From: Nitrospinaceae bacterium
GTDB taxonomy: Bacteria > Nitrospinota > Nitrospinia > Nitrospinales > VA-1
Direction of reading: 5' to 3'
Length of the DNA: 15,890 bases
Assembly: GCA_046754465.1 (NCBI GenBank)
Contig: JBHHVU010000067.1
Span: forward strand, 1-15,890
Shown here: piece by piece, positions 1 through 8,394 of the stretch
How positions within the stretch are numbered: the first letter of the stretch is position 1
How the letters are laid out: the number at the start of each line of letters is the position of its first letter
Notes under the pieces: generated by a model
Databases searched by the model: none
What the model was told of the DNA's origin: nothing
The model's input: only the letters and a program-made list of their open reading frames with translations
Program-made: the position numbers and the translations under genes

Positions 1-18
1 TTCAGAAAGGGGGAGAAT

Positions 19-51
19 TAAAAATCAGATTTTTATCCTGTTCATCCTGTC
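19..51. repeat. Short palindrome plus 9-bp tandem repeat
   Basis: TAAAAATC-a-GATTTTTA (19-35) is a perfect 8-bp inverted repeat. ATCCTGTTC-ATCCTGTC (35-51) is a 9-bp-period tandem repeat. Confidence 0.55.
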
Positions 52-56
52 AAAAA

Positions 57-128
57 GAAAATCCCCCTGACCCCCTTTAAAAAGGGGGAAGAGGCTCCCC
101 CTTCCCTGAAGGGGGCGGGGGGGATTTC
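57..128. repeat. Nested palindromic (REP-like/cruciform) element; right arm of a probable second copy at 1-13
   Basis: Outer inverted repeat AAATCCCCC (59-67) / GGGGGATTT (119-127) encloses two hairpins: CCCCCTTT-aa-AAAGGGGG (71-88) and CCCCCTTC-cct-GAAGGGGG (97-115). GAAAGGGGG at 5-13 matches a right arm. Confidence 0.75.
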
Positions 129-161
129 AAATCTCCATCCATTAACATAAAACATCATAAC

Positions 162-1115
162 TTATGCAAAGGTCTCTTCCTGCATGCGGTGATTCATTTT
201 GGAAAAGGATTCCAACGCAGGCTTCAGGCGCAACAGCCAAAGACGGCCGCTTCCCGCGGATGTGTCTTCCAACCGGTCGAGACTCATTCGGTAGAGTCCC
301 TGGGGCAGGCTGACCAGGGGGATATCTATTTTGGCGTCGGCGAGGTCGAACGGCGGATCGAATTTCGAGATCTCCCGTTCCATGGCGTGGGCGATTTCCT
401 CGGGCAGCCTTTGACCCGCCTGGCCGGGCAATATATCGTCAAATGCCGGGTTGCGGAAAATGATCTGGGTATTGTCCTTAACCACGGCAATGGGCGTCGG
501 CAAATCCGCCAGCTTTTTAGCCAGAGATTGGTATTTGCCAAGTTCCTCCCTCAGCACCACGGTCTTGATGCTTTGTAGGAGATGGGGACGGAGCAGTTCA
601 AAAACCCGGATATCCCGAGTGGTCCAGAGTTCATTGCAGGGGGTGAGCCGGTGAACCGCATATCCCACATTAGGGTCGGGTAACTCGGCGGTGACCAAAG
701 CACCCTCTACTCGATCAAGATAAGAATGTTCCTTCCTTGGATGGTGGGGATTTTCGTTGAAAAAACGGTTGACCGCATTTTTGGTTTCCAGGTAATTATT
801 CTCCGCATCGTAAATAACTACCGAGCGCCCTTGGGAGATAGCTGAGTTGCCGAGGTTGTCATAACCGAGATAATCCCGGAAGCTTTTAACATTGGGTTTG
901 GGAATGTTTATCGAATCGAGGATTTGGGCACTGGCTATATCCGCATCTATCCAGACGTATACCCCGGCTTGAGCTTCAAACAGGGGCAGCAGTTGGGATT
1001 GGAAGGTGTGTTTCAGATCGGGCCGGGTTTCGCACTGGTTGAACTTGGTAATGACGTCCAGAATATCGAGATAATCCTTTTCGGGAAAAGATACCGGGTC
1101 CCTGCCTTTTCCCAT
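162..1115 (-). CDS. Putative sensor-type regulator (GAF-like + PAS-like region), probably a LuxR-family protein truncated before its HTH
   Basis: 317-aa ORF with ATG start. 'WTTRDIRVFELLRPHLLQSI' resembles the GAF-exit helix of LuxR-type regulators, and 'LADLPTPIAVVKDNTQIIFRNPAF' resembles a PAS start. No HTH is present before the stop. Confidence 0.55.
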   Translation of the reverse strand: MGKGRDPVSFPEKDYLDILDVITKFNQCETRPDLKHTFQSQLLPLFEAQAGVYVWIDADIASAQILDSINIPKPNVKSFRDYLGYDNLGNSAISQGRSVVIYDAENNYLETKNAVNRFFNENPHHPRKEHSYLDRVEGALVTAELPDPNVGYAVHRLTPCNELWTTRDIRVFELLRPHLLQSIKTVVLREELGKYQSLAKKLADLPTPIAVVKDNTQIIFRNPAFDDILPGQAGQRLPEEIAHAMEREISKFDPPFDLADAKIDIPLVSLPQGLYRMSLDRLEDTSAGSGRLWLLRLKPALESFSKMNHRMQEETFA

Positions 1116-1150
1116 TGCCAGACCTTTGTGCTATTGGATTTTCTTTGAAC

Positions 1151-1156
1151 ATTATA
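1151..1156 (-). promoter_or_regulatory. Possible sigma70 -10 box for the 162..1115 ORF
   Basis: ATTATA at 1151-1156 reads TATAAT on the minus strand, about 35 nt upstream of the ATG in an AT-rich stretch. No convincing -35 box. Confidence 0.35.
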
Positions 1157-1190
1157 CTATTTTTTTTACCCAAAATAAACTTACGCATTC

Positions 1191-1348
1191 TCCGGCCCCC
1201 GGGGAGAGTAAGGGGTCCATCTAAACCGCCAGCCCACCTTGGTCCGCCACCCTCCACGGGGCAAGATCAAGGTCAGGTCCGCCAAGGCACTTGGCCCCCC
1301 CTCCGCATATAACGCCTGATCCAGCTACCTGGGGAGGTACTCCCAGGT
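1191..1348. repeat. Hairpin-rich dispersed repeat, long intergenic copy
   Basis: 1211-1249 matches 9086-9124 at 38/39. 1191-1210 matches 9066-9085 at 15/20. CATATAACGC at 1306-1315 equals 9123-9132, and 1316-1343 matches 9133-9159 at about 21/28. Confidence 0.85.
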
Positions 1349-1356
1349 TCGCCGTG

Positions 1357-4300
1357 TTAAAAGAGGGTCCATCCTCCCTCCGGATCGAATTCGATGCCTT
1401 CCGCCGAGAGATAATTCAGGGCATCCCGGAGTCCGGACAGCGATTGCAGTTGATCGGAGAGGGCCTGGAACTGTTTGAGTCCGGTGACCGGCACCCGTTT
1501 CAGCTCCGGCGCCTTAAGGATATCCCCCAGCACCTTGTTCTTCAACCAGGCCTCGACGTTGAGGTTGCCGTTTTCCAGGGTGACGAGGAGGCGGTGCGGT
1601 GATGCCAGTTTCAGTTTGGCGCGGGTATCGACGATCGCCGGTTTGCTTTCCTCGGGATCCAGGAACAACAGGGCACGGTCGAGGGTTTCCGCTCCGATCC
1701 GGGTGACCGCGACTTTCATGAAGATTTGATCGATGGAAATGGGCTCGCTTTCCCGGCCTTTTTTCACCTGGAATCCCATTTGCATGTTGCCGTCGATTTC
1801 CGATTCCTCCGCTTCCGCCGTTGCGGAACGGCCCACAAGGCTCCCGAAATTCAACCCCGCAAACTCGGTGGAAAATTTCAGTTCGGGCCCTTCGGGGCCT
1901 TGCGCGACGAACAGATTGCCCGCCACCGATCCATCGAGCACATCGAAGAGAAACTTTTCAACCATCAGTTGATTGTTCTTGAAAAAAATATCCAGTCCGA
2001 GGTTCGACACCCGGATGCCCGGCAACTCCACGGCCTCGACGCGCAGGATATTCTTGTACCGTGAAAAATCCCGTAGCCGGTTGAAAAATCCTTTTTGGGA
2101 AACGGAAAACGACCGCTTCCCCGGTTTCAGGAGTTTCCTGTCCAGCCACAGTTTCTTGTTGAAAGGGAACTTGCCGTTCACATGAATGACCTTGACGGAT
2201 TCAGGCATCTGGAGGCTGAACTGCCGGAACCCCACGTCGCCGTCCAGTTCGATCCGTTTCCCCGGGCGGAGCTTGAGCGTCAGGCGGGATCGGATGGCCC
2301 CCTCGGCCTGGATCCCCTTGACCAGGGGAACGGATTGCCCCGCCAGGGCCTTGCCGACCCGCAGTTCGTTTTCCGTGGAAAGGAGCAGGTCGACGCGCCG
2401 GACCAATTCATCGGCCCGAATAGGCGCTTTCCCCGTGAGGAAGGGTTTGAGTCCGTCCAGCCTGCCGGAAAGGGTATGAGTCACGCCCCGGTGTTTAATG
2501 GAAAACCGGTGCTCCTTAACGGTCAGGCGATTGAAGTCGCGAAGGATGTAATGAAAATTAAACTCCGGGTCCAGCCAGTCCGTTCCCAGCCACTCCTTGA
2601 GGAACAATTTGCCCGCCCCGAGTTTTCCCGAGACCTCGCCGGATCCGTCCTGGAACCGCACCTGGGCGGCGGAGTTCATTTTTTCGATGGTCATGCCGCG
2701 GCCCGGCCAGGATAACGAGGCATCGGTCAACCCCAGATCCAGGGTCAGCACCACCGGCAGGGCCGATTTTTTAAGCTCGAATTTTTCCGGCCGGGTGCCC
2801 TTGACTTTCAGGCTCAGTCCGGCGGTGCCGGCGATGTCGAGGTCTTCCATGCCCTCACGCAAGGTGGCGGGTACTTTTTTCCAAAGGGCGGCAAGTTTCG
2901 CGCCGGACACTTTCGTTTCCAGATCGAAGGTTTTCCCCCAGCGGCCCACCGTTCCCCGGGCCTGGAAATCCAGCAGCGAGGGCGCCTGGAATTTCGCGTG
3001 TTCAATTTCGATATCGCCCGTCTTGAGATTTTGCCGGGTGAGAGCGTCGAAGGTCAGCGGGCCGACGGGGATACGGCCTGCCACTTGACCGGGCGAGGGC
3101 GCCGCCACCTGGATTTTCACCTCGGTCCGCGTGCGGGTCAGGGAAAGATCGTCGAGGTCGACGCCAAAGGTGGATTGTATACGACCCGTTTTGATTTCTT
3201 TCAAGGCCTCGGCGTCCTCCAGGGAGACCTCCCCAGTCAATTTCAAGTTTCGGACCGTATCCCCTGACAGATCGGCATTCAGGGAGGTTTTCACCACCAA
3301 TGACGACGCATGCAGGTCCGGTTGGAGTAGCCGCGGGCGGTCCAGCCGGAGCGTGGTCCGATTGGTGACCGGCAGGGTTCTCCCAGGATGCGCGGGGTCG
3401 AAATATTCGTCCAGGGTCAAACGGGTCTGCAAACGGACCGGACCGGCCTCCCCCCGGCCCGGGGCGCTGACTTTCTGGAACCGGGTATCGATTTTCAGTT
3501 CGGGGATCTTCACGCCCCTTTGCGGATTGTAGCTCATGGGGAAGGAAACCAGGACCGACCCCTTTTGGACCCGGACCGGCGGATTTTTCAATTCCGCCCG
3601 CAAATCCTTCACCTCTATCCGAGTGTCAGCCGACACCCCGAGAGGTTGGAAGTTTGAGTCCAGTTTTCCCTGGATCACTGAATGAACCGTGGTTCTGCCC
3701 TGCGATGGCAGCCCATCGAGTTTGGCCAGCAGGGTCTGGGGGATCAGGGCGCGCAGCCGGTCCAGTTGGACCTCCACGTCTTGGGTGATCTTAAAGGATT
3801 TTTTGCCGAAATCCTGGGCCCGGGCTTTCAACTGGCCCGTCACCAGGGGGCCGAACCTATAATCGACATTGAAATATCCAATATTTCCCGATTCCAGGTT
3901 CGCGGCCATCGCTCCCTTGACATTCAGGGGAACCTTCACCCTGCCCGTTTGAGGAAGGGTATACGCAATTTCCTGGAACGCGGTGGAAAACGTCAGGGTG
4001 ATCTCCGGGAGGTTGGGACCCTTTCCCGATACCCGCAGTTCCTGGTCCAGCCCGGTCAACACAATGTCCTTCCATCGGCCCCGATCCAGTTTCAGCCGGA
4101 TACCGGCGTCAACGGCCTGGGGTACTCCCTGCGCCAACCGGACATTCTGAAGATTGACCTCGGCGTCCATCCCGTCCAGTGCCGCGTCGAGCCCGGGGTA
4201 ACCGGCGTAAAGGTTTTTGATCTCCACCCGCCCTTTATGAATCTCCAAGGATTCCGGTTTAAAGTCGGGAAGACTCCCCGCCACTTCCAGACCCGAGATA

Positions 4301-5466
4301 TTCACCGTTCCCCGAACCTCCACAGGAGGGATTTTTTTTCCGGCCCATTCCACCAGATCTTTCAAATCAAACGTCGCCTGGTTGAGTTGGAGTTCGAAGG
4401 TGGGTCCCGTGAACAGCTTGCCGGCCTTTCCGGAAATATCGAGATGATTTTCCCCTGCGAGGGTCACCAGCAGGCGCCCCAGGGTCAACATCTGCTCCTT
4501 GAGGTCGACATCCATATTCACTTCGCCGGACAGTTCCGGAACGGGAAGCATTTCCCCCACCCGGATTTCGCTGTTTTGCAGTCCGAAGGTCCCCGCGAGA
4601 TGGATCCGGTTCAGATCCGCCGTGGTGAATTTCAAGTCCGTCAGCGCCAGGGTTTTCACATCGATTCCTGCATCCTCCCGGGAGGAAAACACCAGGTTGG
4701 CGGCAAACCCATTTTTAGAGGGGGCCATGGTGACGCGCAGCCATGCTCCGGCTCCCGTACGGTCGATCTTTCCCCCGGCCTCCAGGTTCAATCCTTCAAT
4801 GCGGCTGACCACTTTGCCGTCCATGTCCAGGTTCAGGCGAATATTGTTGACCGCGAGCCGTTGGAGGTTGACAGCGACGGGAAGGGGGGGAAGACTGGAA
4901 GGTTCCTTCTTCGGAGGTTCCGGTTCGGGGGGCGGTGGCGTTTCCGGTTTTTCCAGCAGCGGCTGGAAGTTCCAGACTCCCCCAACGGATGTGAGGGTGA
5001 TCTCCGGCCGGTCCACGATCACCTTATTGATGATGAGATGGCCCTGAAGGAGCCGGGTCAAATCGTAATCGAGAATCACTTCCCCCACCCGAAAAAGCGC
5101 CGGTTCCCCGCCCAGGGAAACGCGGGAGACCCTCAAACCGCGCAACAGGTCCAGTTCCACCGATTCGATGGATACCGGAAGATGGAGAATACGGGTCAGC
5201 TCCCGTTCGGCGATGGGCCGGAAATTGTTCCAGGGGAAATAGTATTTCAGGGCCAACCCCACGCCGACCAGAAGAAGGACCAGGCCCAGCATCGTAAGGG
5301 AAAGAAAAACGAGTATCTTTTTTCCCCAGGACTTCCCTGGAGGGCGCGGGGGAGGCGGGTCCTCCGCCGGTTCCTCGGTGAGGGCTTCTTGGAAAATATC
5401 CTGGGCATCGAATTCCTTCAACACCGGATCCGTAAAATCGCTTTTGGGTTCTTCTCTATTCGGCAC
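1357..5466 (-). CDS. AsmA-like (bridge-type lipid transport superfamily) large envelope protein
   Basis: 1369 aa, GTG start. One N-terminal TM helix (KKILVFLSLTMLGLVLLLVGVGLAL) is followed by an AsmA-type N-domain ('AERELTRILHLPVSIESVELD...INKVIVDRPEITL...WNFQPLL'), then long amphipathic beta-strand repeats. Confidence 0.8.
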   Translation of the reverse strand: MPNREEPKSDFTDPVLKEFDAQDIFQEALTEEPAEDPPPPRPPGKSWGKKILVFLSLTMLGLVLLLVGVGLALKYYFPWNNFRPIAERELTRILHLPVSIESVELDLLRGLRVSRVSLGGEPALFRVGEVILDYDLTRLLQGHLIINKVIVDRPEITLTSVGGVWNFQPLLEKPETPPPPEPEPPKKEPSSLPPLPVAVNLQRLAVNNIRLNLDMDGKVVSRIEGLNLEAGGKIDRTGAGAWLRVTMAPSKNGFAANLVFSSREDAGIDVKTLALTDLKFTTADLNRIHLAGTFGLQNSEIRVGEMLPVPELSGEVNMDVDLKEQMLTLGRLLVTLAGENHLDISGKAGKLFTGPTFELQLNQATFDLKDLVEWAGKKIPPVEVRGTVNISGLEVAGSLPDFKPESLEIHKGRVEIKNLYAGYPGLDAALDGMDAEVNLQNVRLAQGVPQAVDAGIRLKLDRGRWKDIVLTGLDQELRVSGKGPNLPEITLTFSTAFQEIAYTLPQTGRVKVPLNVKGAMAANLESGNIGYFNVDYRFGPLVTGQLKARAQDFGKKSFKITQDVEVQLDRLRALIPQTLLAKLDGLPSQGRTTVHSVIQGKLDSNFQPLGVSADTRIEVKDLRAELKNPPVRVQKGSVLVSFPMSYNPQRGVKIPELKIDTRFQKVSAPGRGEAGPVRLQTRLTLDEYFDPAHPGRTLPVTNRTTLRLDRPRLLQPDLHASSLVVKTSLNADLSGDTVRNLKLTGEVSLEDAEALKEIKTGRIQSTFGVDLDDLSLTRTRTEVKIQVAAPSPGQVAGRIPVGPLTFDALTRQNLKTGDIEIEHAKFQAPSLLDFQARGTVGRWGKTFDLETKVSGAKLAALWKKVPATLREGMEDLDIAGTAGLSLKVKGTRPEKFELKKSALPVVLTLDLGLTDASLSWPGRGMTIEKMNSAAQVRFQDGSGEVSGKLGAGKLFLKEWLGTDWLDPEFNFHYILRDFNRLTVKEHRFSIKHRGVTHTLSGRLDGLKPFLTGKAPIRADELVRRVDLLLSTENELRVGKALAGQSVPLVKGIQAEGAIRSRLTLKLRPGKRIELDGDVGFRQFSLQMPESVKVIHVNGKFPFNKKLWLDRKLLKPGKRSFSVSQKGFFNRLRDFSRYKNILRVEAVELPGIRVSNLGLDIFFKNNQLMVEKFLFDVLDGSVAGNLFVAQGPEGPELKFSTEFAGLNFGSLVGRSATAEAEESEIDGNMQMGFQVKKGRESEPISIDQIFMKVAVTRIGAETLDRALLFLDPEESKPAIVDTRAKLKLASPHRLLVTLENGNLNVEAWLKNKVLGDILKAPELKRVPVTGLKQFQALSDQLQSLSGLRDALNYLSAEGIEFDPEGGWTLF

Positions 5467-5483
5467 GGAACATTAACTTTCCA

Positions 5484-6344
5484 TCATCCCAGGTGCTCCT
5501 CCAGAAATCCGGAGATGCCTTGGGCCAGATCCCGGATGAATTCAAGGTCCAGGGTATCCAGGGTATCGGACGGTTGATGATAATTGGGGTTTCTCAAAAA
5601 AGCCGTATCGGTGACCATCACCGCCGGGGTCCCGTTTTCCCAGAAGGTGGAATGGTCGCTCAAATTCACCTCGGGGAATCCGGCGCCGCGTCCCGGAACC
5701 ACCAGCCTCTCGACGGAAAGGGAGGGCGCGGTGCGGCCGAGGGCCTCGGCGATGGCGTGGGTGAGCCGCGCCGACGGTTGGTTGCCGACGACGGCGATAA
5801 AATCGCCCGTGTCCGGGTATTCCGACGGGTCCACGTAGGGCGGATAATTCTGGGATCCGGGTTCCCGGCTGCGAAACCCCACCATCTCCAGGGAGATCAT
5901 GCCTTGAAAGCGTTCATTGCGCTCCCGGGCCCGCTCGACGAAATACCTGCTGCCGACGAACCCGTATTCCTCCAGGGTAAACGCGGCGAAAAGCAGAGGA
6001 ACGCGCAGACGGGAGGAATCCAGGCAGCGCGCGATTTCCAAAAGAGCCGCGACGGCACTGGCGTTGTCGTCCGCCCCCGGGGTTCCTTCCACCGTATCGT
6101 AATGCGCCGCCAGGATGAACGTTTCCTCCCCAGGGCTCGTGCCCTCCTTTAATCCCAATATGTTCGGGGAATGCGTGCCGTCGAAGGGAACGGACTCTTC
6201 GCGCACCCGCAGATCCAGGGCGTGGAATTGGTCACAGATGTACCGACCCGCGCTGGCCAGTTGCCCTGGAGCGGTGTACAGATTCCGCTCTTTCACCAGC
6301 GCCGAGAGATGGATTTCTAGGTTTTGCGTGACGGGACAAAGCAT
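5484..6344 (-). CDS. M28 family zinc peptidase
   Basis: Motifs AHYDT, PGADDNASAVAALLE, EEYG, LEMVG, SDH and YHQPSD. A GGAGG RBS precedes the ATG. No signal peptide visible. Confidence 0.9.
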   Translation of the reverse strand: MLCPVTQNLEIHLSALVKERNLYTAPGQLASAGRYICDQFHALDLRVREESVPFDGTHSPNILGLKEGTSPGEETFILAAHYDTVEGTPGADDNASAVAALLEIARCLDSSRLRVPLLFAAFTLEEYGFVGSRYFVERARERNERFQGMISLEMVGFRSREPGSQNYPPYVDPSEYPDTGDFIAVVGNQPSARLTHAIAEALGRTAPSLSVERLVVPGRGAGFPEVNLSDHSTFWENGTPAVMVTDTAFLRNPNYHQPSDTLDTLDLEFIRDLAQGISGFLEEHLG

Positions 6345-6549
6345 GCTGTCCCCCTCCCTTTGGATGGGTGAAAACCCAGCCCGGAAAAACCCGTTCCGGG
6401 GTTTTCCCGGCGGGCGGTACGCCTGATTTTACATGAATTTTGCCAATAGCTTACGCTGAATCGGGACAATCTCAAAGTGCTAAAATTGAATATTTTTCAG
6501 AGGCCAAAAAATAGTTTACTTTTAATTTGGATCGTCATAACATACCCTC

Positions 6550-6867
6550 ATGCTTAAGGTGGAATGCTTTTCAGGCTATAAGCTCAACGAGAGGCCCATC
6601 GCCTTCAGCCTCATGGACCGGCGCTATGAAGTGAGAGACATCATCGACCGATGGTACGGTGAAGGAAGCTCCTATTTCAAAGTCCGGGCCGATGACGAAA
6701 ACATTTACCTCCTGAAATACGACGAATGGAAGGACCACTGGGACTTGGTGCTTTACCAGAATCCCAAAAAACTGGAAGGCGTTCCGCTCTCCAAGTTCGG
6801 GTTCGGTCCGAACCACCGCTCGGCTTCGGGGTTCGTGGAATCGGAAAGGTTACCCCCTCTGCATTGA
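6550..6867 (+). CDS. Small conserved hypothetical protein (possibly DUF6504-like)
   Basis: 105 aa. The pattern 'ERPIAF...YEVRDIIDRWY...YFKVRADD...YLLKYD...WDL' resembles a widespread family of small beta-rich hypothetical proteins (recognition from memory). Confidence 0.7.
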   Translation: MLKVECFSGYKLNERPIAFSLMDRRYEVRDIIDRWYGEGSSYFKVRADDENIYLLKYDEWKDHWDLVLYQNPKKLEGVPLSKFGFGPNHRSASGFVESERLPPLH

Positions 6868-7098
6868 GCCCCCTGGGGCCGGTCCCCGTTCCGGAAAAAA
6901 CGTTGAGAAATTCCCTCCCCCTGAACCTTTCAATGAACCGGATCCCGCCCGGTCCGGTAACCAAAAAATACGCCTGTTTTGACGTTCATGAATGGGAGGG
7001 CCGTGTGCTTTTTCCCGGCTGGCGGCCCTTGCCGGACGAAAGGCATGGCAAACCCGGAAAGTTGGAAGGATGAGGCTGCCGTGGGAGGTCACGCACGA

Positions 7099-7794
7099 AT
7101 GAGCGCCAAGAACCCTCGGATTCTTCCGTGCGCGGGACAAAGACGCAAAATGGTCGAGGAACAACTGGTCAACCGGGGCATCAAGGATTTGCGGATCATG
7201 GAAGCCATGGACCGGGTGCCGCGGCATCTGTTCGTCGGGGAGTCCCTGCAACACAGGGCTTACGGTGATTACCCGCTTCCCATCGGCGACAGCCAGACCA
7301 TCTCCCAGCCTTACGTCGTCGCCATGATGACCGAGGCCTTGCAATTGCGCGACGGCGACCGGGTGCTGGAAATCGGTACGGGATCCGGATACCAGACCGC
7401 CATCCTCGCGGAATTGGCCGCCCAGGTGTTCACCATCGAACGCATCAAATCCATCGCCGGAAAGGCGCGCAGGGTTCTGGGGGAACTGGATTACATGAAC
7501 ATCGTGTTCAAGGTGTTCGACGGCACCTACGGGTGGCCGGACCAGGCGCCCTTCGACGCCATCCTGGTCACGGCCTGTACTCCCGAAATCCCTCGCGTGT
7601 TGATCAAGCAACTGGCGGACAAGGGACGCATGGTGGTTCCGGTTGGGGACCTGGAAAAACAAAAACTCGTGGTGCTGACCTGCAACGGTGACCGCATAAG
7701 CCAAAGAGAGATCGGGCAATGCAAATTCGTCCCGCTGGTGGGAAAATATGGCTGGTCCTCCCCCGGGGAGGATCAAGGTCAGGGCGGTTTTTAA
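7099..7794 (+). CDS. pcm: Protein-L-isoaspartate(D-aspartate) O-methyltransferase
   Basis: Motifs VPRHLFV, QTISQPYVVAMM, SAM-binding VLEIGTGSGYQTAIL, APFDAI and FVPLVG. Start moved to ATG 7099 because of the GGAGG at 7084-7088. Confidence 0.93.
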   Translation: MSAKNPRILPCAGQRRKMVEEQLVNRGIKDLRIMEAMDRVPRHLFVGESLQHRAYGDYPLPIGDSQTISQPYVVAMMTEALQLRDGDRVLEIGTGSGYQTAILAELAAQVFTIERIKSIAGKARRVLGELDYMNIVFKVFDGTYGWPDQAPFDAILVTACTPEIPRVLIKQLADKGRMVVPVGDLEKQKLVVLTCNGDRISQREIGQCKFVPLVGKYGWSSPGEDQGQGGF

Positions 7795-7848
7795 AATGGC
7801 GTCATCGGGAAACCCGGTCAAAATGTTTATTGAATAGGAGAAGGGAAC

Positions 7849-8394
7849 GTGTTTTCAAGAATCATTAAAGAAGGGTTATTTACTCTGAGCAACGGGGTCA
7901 AGTCGAGTTACAACTACGATTACGCCTGCCTGTCCGATACGATGAGCGCGGCTTACTGTCAACTGCTCAACAACAAACTGGAAATCTGGCAAAACCGTCA
8001 TGGCAAGTTCAATGTGGTGGTGGGAATCGAAACCCAGGGGATCCGGATCGGATATCAATTGTCTCAATTGATGAACCTGCCTTTTTATATCCTTCCGAAA
8101 AAAAGGATCGACTTCGCCCAGGTGGGAGTTCCCCAATATCCCCCGGAGACGCATTGGCTGATCGTGGACGATATCGTCACGACGGGCTCGTCCTATATCC
8201 GGGCCGTGAATTATCTGGAAATCGAGGAGAAACCGGAGACTATTACCTTCGCCTGCATGATCCGGAGGAACCCCGCCAACCTGGACTATTCCGCGGTTCA
8301 CGGAGACCCTGACAAGGAACAACTGGGGGTGCCGGATGAGCGGTTCGACTTTATCGATAAGCGGCTGGTTTCCCTTTACAGCGAGCCGATGTGA
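7849..8394 (+). CDS. Type I phosphoribosyltransferase, divergent orotate-PRT (PyrE)-like
   Basis: PRPP-binding motif LIVDDIVTTGSS. N-terminal GLFTLSNGVKSSYNYD resembles PyrE G.F.L.SG..S.YY.D. GTG start with AGGAG upstream. Confidence 0.75.
   Translation: MFSRIIKEGLFTLSNGVKSSYNYDYACLSDTMSAAYCQLLNNKLEIWQNRHGKFNVVVGIETQGIRIGYQLSQLMNLPFYILPKKRIDFAQVGVPQYPPETHWLIVDDIVTTGSSYIRAVNYLEIEEKPETITFACMIRRNPANLDYSAVHGDPDKEQLGVPDERFDFIDKRLVSLYSEPM

Noticed and set aside
1270..1296. GGTCAGGTCCG resembling the SRP RNA domain IV
   Set aside because: The required GGAA loop and AAGCAGCC return strand are absent.
976..1312. Short ORFs 976..1257 (-) and 1115..1312 (+)
   Set aside because: They are readings through the repeat and overlap the regulator gene or its promoter. 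The shared GGPRWAGGLD peptide reflects the DNA repeat, not a separate gene.
1307..1362. attC-like reading on the minus strand (TTTAAC at the asmA stop ... GCTGGATCAGGC-GTTATAT)
   Set aside because: The right half resembles attC spacing, but the core and inverse core pair only over TAAC/GTTA, the L boxes pair poorly, the gene is a 4-kb chromosomal gene, and no integrase or cassette array is present.
3682..5577. 631-aa + strand ORF
   Set aside because: Antisense shadow of the AsmA-like gene in GC-rich DNA with no recognisable motifs. The same applies to the other long antisense ORFs (6850..7821, 12251..13078, 14603..15511, 5493..6152).
6381..6410. GC-rich imperfect hairpin upstream of the M28 gene
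   Set aside because: It has no U-tract, lies between divergent genes, and has no second copy in the window, so no function can be supported.
6979..7098. N-terminal extensions in the ORF track for pcm (also mltA 9889-9906 and rnhA 10356-10388)
   Set aside because: Downstream ATG starts fit the family N-termini better and, for pcm and mltA, have a plausible RBS.
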